From: Amoebidium appalachense
Lineage: Eukaryota > Protista > Ichthyosporea
Direction: 5' to 3'
Length of the DNA stretch: 64,000 bases
Assembly: GCA_963693365.1 (NCBI GenBank)
Contig: CAVNZM010000004.1
Location: 13,377,088 to 13,441,087 of the forward strand
The position numbers and the translations under genes are program-made. The notes below the pieces were generated by a model. That model was not told where the DNA came from, searched no databases, and was given only the letters and a program-made list of their open reading frames with translations. Of this stretch, positions 55,540-64,000 are shown in pieces; the first letter of the stretch is position 1, and each line of letters opens with the position of its first letter.

Positions 55540-58264
55540 GGGGGGGGGGGATGGGAGGGGGAGGGGGGGGGGGGGGGGGGGGGGGGGTACTGACTGTCTA
55601 GACATGATCTGGCGCATTTGAAAGTGACAAAGTGTGTAGTTGAACAGAGTCTTTTCCTTGATTTCGGCATCATTCTCTCTCGGTTTGCCTGTGAGGAACG
55701 ATTCAATCAACAAAAGGAGGGCTTGGGGCCATTAAATTGTGTTTGGGGGTGGGTGGGTGGGTGATGGGACGGGTTGAATTTTTTTTTTTGAAAAATTTCC
55801 GGCCGGGGGGAGAAGGTGTGTGTGTGTGTGTGTGTGTTCAATCGAGCACTTGAAGATCCAATGAGAGGTGGTTCAAAAATTCTAATGACCCCCCCCCCCC
55901 CCCCCCCCCCCGCCCCCCCCCCTCCCCCCCCCCCCCCAAAAAAAAAGAAAGAAAAAAAACAAAGGAAAAAAGAAAGAAATGAATTTATTGCTTCCTGCCA
56001 GTCGAACCAATTCCGAGCTATAACTGTTATGGTCCTAATGTGTGCTGCTACGTGCACACACCCATACAGCATACTGACTGACACACAAGTACATATCAAA
56101 AACACGAGGGGAAAAACAGAAAAATTAAAAAAAATAACAGCTGCTAAACTTCTGTCCCCATGGAAAGTGCCTTCGTCTCCCCAATTGTAAAATCCTGCAC
56201 CCCCTAGGACTTGTCAATCGCTAGCCTCTACCTCTTGTCCCCCCCCCCCCCCCCCCCCCCTCCCCCCCTCCCACGCACACACACACACTTACTTGTCCAC
56301 CCACCATCAATGTCTCCATCCTCATTCTCGCTATCCGTTGCTGGGGGCAGGAGGGGGTCATGGAACCCAAGGAGTTTGGGTCTGCGCATAAACGAGGCAG
56401 GAGCCTTGGCCTGGCCCGAACCATCTGGCCCGGCAGCCTGGCTGCTGTTGGCTTTGATTTCGGATTGGCACCACCAGGCATTGCGCCGTATATGCCTCTC
56501 CTGTTCTGCCTGTGTGTGCAAATTGAATTTTAAAGGATGTGTGCAGAGAAAGTGAGGGCCAGGAAGAGAAAATGGTGGTGAGGAGGACAGAGGTGCAATG
56601 TATCAGTGTTTGCAACAACTTGAACGAGCAGGGATATACATGCATGGCTGTTTGAATACTAGTAACTTGAAGAAATTCTGGTTCCAGACACGTTCGCTTT
56701 TGAATTCGAAATCAACTGAACTGCAACCCACACGGATGTATGGGTTCAAGCAAACCTCCACCAGCAATCCAGCCCCTCGCTTCCTCACCTCGTTCTACCA
56801 AAAATGATTGCTGTTATGTCTCTCCTTTCCTTCCCTCCAACACACCAAAACCCAATTCTCTTGTCGCTAAACAGTGCCGCAAGCCCAGCAACACCACCTT
56901 TAACCCACTGCATACCTTTGCAGCAGCTGCTGCCCCCATTGCTGCAGTCAAGGGCTTCTTGGGCGTCTTCATTCCCAGCACGGGGCCAACAACGGACCGT
57001 TTCTCCCTGGCACTGCGTCTGGGCTTTCTCATTGGTCTGAGGCTGTCAAACCCGCATGCCCCTCTCCCTCCCTTTGCTCGGCGTTTCTTTGCTTTTGGTG
57101 ACTCAGCTGCCTGTTCGTCACTCTCGCTGGTTGCTTTGGCCCGTTTTCTGCCTGTTTCTTTGGCTGCTGGAGATTGCTTCAGGTCTTCCTCCTTCAGCAA
57201 TTCTTCTTCCTTCGGTGCCTCATTTGCCTGTGCCTTTGGTTTCCGTTTTCTCGGGGCCTTACTCTCCTTGGGTGCTTCCTTTGGGGGCACATCAGCGGCA
57301 GGCTTTGCTTTTGGCTGCCTGCCTGGCCTCGCACGTTGTGGCTGGATTAATGATGCTTGGCTTGCCGTGTCCGATATTGTGCCGTTGCTGTCCGTGTATG
57401 CAAGGCTCATCGGCGCATAGGGTGTTTGGGGGCCTGACCGGCCAGAGTCCACCCCTGCACTGGACTGGTGGCCCACTGCGGGGCCGAGGGCAAACAGAAG
57501 GGGGGCGTGGCCGTAGGGGTCCAAGTGTTCGGCTAACGTGTCGATGCCATCCAGATGACCCTGGGAGAAGCCAAAGGGTGAAAGTTCGGGAAGGCCCAGG
57601 CCACGAAAAGTGCCCGGGGCTAGTGAGGTGTGCAGCTGCGTATGTGCGTGTGCTGGTGGGTGCCTCGGAGGGGCATGAAGAGGGGGTCCCATGCGGTCCA
57701 GGCCGGCCTGCACGGTCTTGTCCTGGCGGTCCAGACGCAGTTGCTGCTGCAGTGCAATCCAGAAAGGATCATTGCTGTGGTCCGCTGACGAATGATCAAA
57801 ATGCGAGGCTCCAGTGGTAGTGAAGGGAGGCCCTATGTACAACGAGGGCAAAGGGAGACACGGTAGATGAGTGATAAAGCATGTGGAATATAATCATGAT
57901 GGCAGGGCTTATGGGGATGTGTTAAAAAATTGGTTTCTTGAACTCTCTCACCACTTATTGACTCCACATCGAAACTCAAAATTAGTACAAATTTGCCCGT
58001 GGACGGCTGAGATTGATGCTGCACTGAACACGCTCGCGGCCGGACCTAAACGGATGCCACTACTACTGAATCATTGATCTATACTTCAACTCGAATGGAT
58101 AGCAGGAAGCAGCACACTTACTGTGACTGACCAGATGCACAAGCTGACCTCAGGATCCCTCAAACATGATACTCACCCCATGGCTCCGGTCGCACGCTAG
58201 GAAGCAGCCTATTGATGTTGGGTTGGTGGTTGAACCGCCTGTCCTCTGAGCCCCTGTCTGCCAT
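50630..58264 (-). CDS. ERT1/RDS2/AcuK/AcuM-type PAS-domain protein, paralogue 2 (no Zn2Cys6 cluster); 9 exons
   Basis: Exons 58264-58177, 57832-56916, 56437-56305, 55688-55595, 54676-54613, 53582-53514, 52867-52727, 51629-51549 and 50815-50630. Intron phases and exon lengths (64, 69, 141, 81 nt) match paralogue 1. Motifs FNYTLCH, LDYRDLWYLEETYVRQ, LPGLVLNRGGVVMYA and LHDIYGL. Confidence 0.85.
51137..51225. repeat. Intronic ~31-bp tandem repeat x3 (taaaggagggagtaaagtgttagaaaagaga)
   Basis: Direct inspection. Confidence 0.85.
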
Positions 58265-59151
58265 GGTGCTTGAGCACGGTACCCGGATTAACCAGGCCTA
58301 GGTCGTCCTTGAGTACTGGGCCTACTCGGGCAACTCTGGCTGCCCAGGCCCCACAGAAGGAGATGTAGGCCGGCCAAAACGCTCAGAGTATTGTAGGACA
58401 GGGAAGGTGTGATCGGGACTTCGCCAGGCCAGAACCAGCGTATGAGACTCCGGCCAAGATGTCGTTGAAAAAGCCCACTGATGGTTGAAGTTGCTATGAC
58501 TTACGGCTAGGTTTTAGTTGAAGCCATTTACGATCTCTATGTTACACTGCCGTTACAGCTACGTAAAAGGGGACCGAGTCAGTCAGACGCAAGATTAAGT
58601 ATGGTTCATGCACGGCCAGGCACAATCGTAGTGTCATTTACTATCAGTTGCCAACCAAGTGTCGTGCTTGCGTGATGTTATGGCTATGTGCTTGTAGGAA
58701 GGTTTTCAAGGTGGCGAACCCTCAGAGTTGGCCCTACTGACGTGCAGCAAGCAGGAACCACAGCCAAGCAATACTTCAGTCGGGCCCGGGACCTGGTGCT
58801 GCCAAGGCTCAGCCCTGAAGGCGGGAGACAGAGTGCACATTCGGGTCCGGAAGAACCGCCTAGACTTGCACCACCCTGACAAGTATATACTGCCAGCTGC
58901 CATGAGCAACCCAAACACGTCTCCACCGAACTCTCAGCTTCGGCATGTTTGACCTGAAAACGCCTGCACGGCACAAAAGTTTTCAAGTTCTTCCGACAGA
59001 GAGCTACCCTGTAACATGCCGTGCATGCGGGACGCTCAGAGGGCCGTGCCACGGTCACTTGGAAAGGGGCGGTGCGCCGCCCCTCCAACAATGACTCCCT
59101 AGAACTCGTTGCAATCTAAAAAAATGTGGGGGTGTTTTTGTAAGTTAGACA

Positions 59152-59697
59152 TTTTTTTTCTTTTGACTGGATTTATTCGACGGAAAGATATGAAAGTATG
59201 CACGGCATACTGAGAAGACAATAAAAACTTTTTTTCTTTTGACTGGATTTATTTATTCGACGGAAAGATAAAAACTTCACGAGTTATCCAGTAACAAGTG
59301 CATACTGAGATACCTGAACACTGTGTGAAAATAATATAAATATTTAATGTGACGACCAACAGAATTCAACAAAAAGTCTAAAGTGTTCACATTGCCAGCC
59401 AATGTAGCAGACACCTGTTTGGAAAAGGTAAAACGCGACATAAAACTCACACCTATCAACATGCTTTCGATTAAAAAGTTCAGCACAAAAGTGGCACCAG
59501 CGGCGATGGAAACAAGAATTACAACGCCACTGCACAACTTCCCAGGCAATATCAACATCAGAGCACCATACAGACTTATCGACTATTTTTTTTTGTAGGG
59601 TGGTATCCATACGTACAGCGGCAGGAGAAATTTATCCTGCCAAAGCTCCCAAAAAGCGATAATGATCATTACGGTGTTGCCTAAGGAACATAACACA
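59152..59697 (-). mobile_element. Degenerate 5'-truncated copy of LINE family B with a doubled 3' terminus
   Basis: Matches 35036-35522 with indels; a second tttcttttgactggattt..cgacggaaagata block at ~59229-59270. Confidence 0.9.
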
Positions 59698-60032
59698 TTG
59701 TAAAATGTGAAAATTCCGTGTATTTCGACATAATAATTTACCTGTTTATTCAGTAAACAGCATTAAAAACCCAATAACATTCTTTATTTCATCTATATGA
59801 AATGCAGTCTAGGACTTTTTACTGTAGTTATGTACTAAAGACACACTGGCACACACAGCCCGGCACTCCTGGGCAGCAGCATTTCAAAAATTGACCTCTA
59901 GATTCAAAAGGAGCTGGAGGTGTTGTGCTGCCTTATTTGGTAGCAACCCAGATTGCGGTATGCCACTGTTGACCAATGGACAAGTTGACCTGTACTCAAG
60001 CCTGATTCAGAGCTCGAGGACTAGGCTGTGAA

Positions 60033-60180
60033 TTTTTTTTTCTTTTGACTGGATTTATTCGACGGAAAGATATGCAAGTATGCACGGCATACTGAGAAGA
60101 CAATAAAAACTTCACGAGTTATCCAGTAACAAGTGCATACTGAGATACCTGAACACTGTGTGAAAATCATATAAATACTC
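60033..60180 (-). mobile_element. Short 3'-end copy of LINE family B
   Basis: Matches 35036-35182; flanked by ctgtgaa(a)tt on both sides (TSD-like). Confidence 0.9.
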
Positions 60181-60689
60181 TGTGAAATTAGGATTTTGGT
60201 TAGGGGCATTTTCCGACTTTTTGCCATGCGCTGGTGACCCTAAACTGGCCACTGCCGAAATGAGGGGTTTTTTTTTGACCCCTAATGTAAATGCTGCATA
60301 TATATCAAGAAATCGGGTTTTACGCAAATATATCCGGCGTTTATTTTACTTTCAGTATATCTTTGGATATACCAAGAGTATGTATAATGTGTGTGCATGT
60401 GAGACTAATATGTGTGGGTTGGTACCGGTGTGTGAGAGGTTGTGAGGTTGGTACACTATGGATATGCTTAGTATACGTAGGTTCGCCAAAGCGGTTTCTT
60501 GGTAATATTAAATCACTATGCAAAAGGATTTAATGTCCCCTATTTTTTTTAAACAATGATAACAACATCATATCAATACACGGCATAATAAGGCTTCAAA
60601 CGGAAACTGATCAAATTTAGTGCTTTGGGCTATCTCGGCAGGTGAACATTCAGGAGCAGTGGTGCTGGGGCTTTTCTCAAAAATTGCTT

Positions 60690-61020
60690 CGTTGTAATTC
60701 TTGTTTTCAACGCCGCTGGTGCCACTTTTGTGCTGAACTTTTTAATCGCAAGCATGTTGATAGGTGTGAGTTTTTATGTCGCGTTTTACCTCTTTCCCTA
60801 CAGGTGTCTGCTACACTAGCTGGCAATATGAACACTTAAGACTTTTTGTTGAATTCTGTTGGTCGTCACATTGAGTATTTATATGATTTTCACACAGTGT
60901 TCAGGTATCTCAGTATGCACTTGTTACTGGATAACTCGTGAAGTTTTTATTGTCTTCTCAGTATGCCGTGCATACTTGCATATCTTTCCGTCGAATAAAT
61001 CCAGTCAAAAGAAAAAAAAA
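60690..61020 (+). mobile_element. 3'-end copy of LINE family B in the opposite orientation
   Basis: Encodes RCNSCFQRRWCHFCAELFNRKH...; poly-A tail at ~61012-61020; TSD-like aaaaattgctYc on both flanks. Confidence 0.9.
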
Positions 61021-64000
61021 TTGCTCCTTTTTTTCCCGATTCTTCACCATGGCAGGTATATAAAGGCTTTCGTTTTTTCTTTTGTGGTAGGAAGGGGTCC
61101 CTCCCACTCAGGGGAACGTGACACTGTGTGTGTGTAGTACGGCCTTGTCTATTCCTACTGTTGTGAGAGTGTGGGGACATCTCCCTTCGTCGGAGTTTCT
61201 CGCTTGAGGAGTGGTTTCTTCGACATCTGGTGGCCCACTGCAACTTACGGTGACTTCTACATGCTATCTACGCTTCTACGCGAGCTATTGGCGGTGGGCT
61301 GCTGCAACTTCTTCAACTGCTTCTGCGCTGCGTGAGTGGAGGGATAGCTACTGGGTCGTCGAGGAGCTTTATCCTTGTGGCTGCCGTGTTTTCAGCCTTC
61401 AGCAGTATGGCAATGACTGGGTTTGCTTGCATGCATTCTGTAGTTGTGATTTCCTGTGTGTCCTGCCACAACTAGGCCACCTTATCAAAGAGTTAGAGAC
61501 AGCTTCTGCGGGTTTTCTAGGGGACGGGCCCGTGGGGATTGTTTTCTCGCTCGGATTTGGTCTGCATTGCTCTTTAAAGGGCTGACTTGCTTGCTGTGCC
61601 CCGGTAGGTTTTGAGGGGGGCCTGTTGGGGGGCAGCAGTAATGATGTCTTCTTGCGGAGTGTGGCCTGGTCATCATCCGATTCGCTGCATATGACTAGTT
61701 GGAGCAAACTAGTTTCACTCATACACGTGCACTTGTACCTTTGCCCGCTGGTGTCTTTTGGTCACTTGTTGTTTTATTTTTTATTTCATCGCTGTGGCTC
61801 TTTCGAAGTCGGTTATTTTGGTGGTCATGTAGCCTGTGGCTGCACGTTGCCTTCATATCCACTGGACCACTGATCAATAAATCCCAGTCAAGAGAAAAAT
61901 TTTCTAACTTATATCCAGGCACGGGGCTTGAAACAACAATCTTTTAAGAGATTGTGTTAAACCAACACCTTTTCTCCCCTCTAAAACGACTATAACTAAT
62001 AGGTTAGACAAGTATTCAAGTTTTTATTATGATTTATATACATTGTGATTAATTTCCTATGACCCTAATAGGGTCACAAACTCAAAAATCAGTGGACCTA
62101 ACCTCCAAAAGTTAGGGACACTTTTCGGGTTTTCAGGGGCATTTTTGTGCCCCTAAACCCCCTAATTTCACAGCCTGTTCGACGAGGACATGCAGGCGTT
62201 CGAAGGCGTTCGACTCGTTCGACTATCAATAGAGCAGGCGCATGCTCAGTCAGCCTAGTAAGGGGCAGTGCACACCACACACCGTGTCGTCAGCCTGTCA
62301 CGGGAACAATCATTGCACAGCTGTGTTCCAGGCAGACGACTCGTAGGAGTGGCAGATCCTATCCGGCGCCGACGCTGCTTCGGGGTTCAGCTACTCATGC
62401 CATGACTCAGCCTGTCGGGGCTATCATTGACTGCACCGTGACTCCTTGGCCCAGCTCGAGGTTCAGCCTGGCAGTGCATGCGTACCGCTTTGCAGTGTAC
62501 GTTGCCGCCGCCACATGATAACCGTGCCAGTCTCAGTCTCAGGCCAACCTTTACGACTGCGTGTCGATCATCATACAAAGATTCGGTGTACCAGTGCCAT
62601 TTGCAAGCTGTGTGCATGTGCGCGCCTGCAACTGCAAGTCCGATATCGATGTCCAGGCATAACACCTCTCCCCGCCCCTTCTCCCCCCCCCCCCCCCCCC
62701 CCAACACCCCCCCCCCCCCCCGCCCCCGGGGCCCCCCTCCCCCCTCCCCCCGGGCCCGCCCGCGACCGTGCGGTCCCCACCTCCCCCCTACCCATCCACC
62801 CACCTAAAATACTATGCCATTTGAAAGTGGATCCCCTGTGACTCGGAGACTTCCTCCCCCTCCCCCCCCCTCTCTGCCCCATCTCCCGAAGGCTTCCCCT
62901 GCAAGGCTTTCCCTCCCTTGCGACCCCCCTCTCCCGCCCCGGCAACCCCCTCACTCCGGTCCCTCCCCACCCGCCCACTTACTAGAACAAAGTGTACCCC
63001 CTCGGTTCCTTCCTCCCTCTCCCCTTCCTACCCCCCCCGCCTTCGCCCCCGGAGCCGGCTTGCCATTATAATATACACACGGTACGATTTATAAACAGCA
63101 CATGGTATCAAACAGTCCGATGACACGAAAATTCGCTGCGACTCACAGTAAAGTGCAAAACCGTTCAGCCGACAACTTCAGCCGGCCGTGCACCAGAACA
63201 TGCATATGTTCCAGGTCCTGGGAGAGAAGTGAAGGGATGTGGGGGCGGGTGCGGGAGGGGGGGGGGGGGGGGGGTGGGGAGGGGAGAAGGGGGATGACCA
63301 ATCTTGGGCACAAACACATCCTGCGTGACAACAGGCTGCATATAGAAGCAACATTCCGCAGTGGTCTGCACGCGACATCTGTGTAAGCAGTTTTATTTTT
63401 AGGGAGTTCGAAAACACGTATGCAGGGTCAGCCCGAAGCTCTTGTACTCGTTTCAGGTATGGCGCCGCGGCGAAAGCTAACATGGTGGAACGGCAAGTTG
63501 ATTCTGCCCTCAAAATCTGAGCTTTAAATTTCTAAAGGAAGAGGCAACCAGTTGTGAACAGCCAGATCTGGGGAGGGTCCTACGAAGGGCTCAGAGTGAG
63601 CCTACATGCTCTTTTCTCCTCTTTCATTTCTCTTAAATGTCCACGTCGTAAGGCGCTATCATGTCGAATCCAGCAAAAGAAACAAGGTGGGTGAGATAGC
63701 TAAGATATGAGAAAACTCGTACGGCAATACATAGAAAAAGTGGAGGGTGTTGAGATTCCCCCCGCCCAGACCGTTAGACGTTCAAGTTGGTCAGATCTGT
63801 GCATTTCTATTACAGCAGTACTGTTAGGCTTATGCAGTGCCACGTACTGAAGGAAGCGTGTATAGGAGCCTCAGCTGGATTATTCAGACCGGAAGCCTTC
63901 CAAGGCTGGTTCTTCCCCCCCTGGGAGCTCAGCCCTGAATGGGGCTGCCTACTTTGTTGAATGCTAGCCGAGTTAGTTCCCACACCGGTTATTGTAGTTT

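Noticed and set aside
58684-59091. Short ORFs upstream of PAS paralogue 2
   Set aside because: No splice-consistent link to exon 1, no Zn2Cys6 spacing and no recognisable family.

Overview
This is eukaryotic genomic DNA rich in introns and repeats; it is probably from a unicellular opisthokont-like organism, but the taxon cannot be fixed from this window. Introns and intergenic DNA are full of poly-G/poly-C tracts and (CA)n/(GT)n, (GCAC)n and (GA)n microsatellites, so most ORF-track entries are artefacts. Manual exon stitching gives these host genes: (1) exon 1 of a PET117-like COX assembly factor; (2) a Kv-like 6-TM channel whose TVGYGD selectivity filter is replaced by TGNVGS; (3) a Ras-association/ubiquitin-like domain coding region; (4) directly upstream on the same strand, a gene with two duplicated globin domains; (5) a convergent pair of paralogues with the ERT1/RDS2/AcuK/AcuM-type C-terminal PAS module but no Zn2Cys6 cluster, sharing new motifs instead. 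Mobile DNA comprises an intact, young Ty1/copia element (765-bp LTRs, half-tRNAiMet PBS, inserted in a poly-C tract) and three families of 5'-truncated non-LTR retrotransposons, one apparently ending in oligo-C. A ~3-kb minisatellite has received three of these LINE insertions. All family assignments are by motif recognition, not database search.
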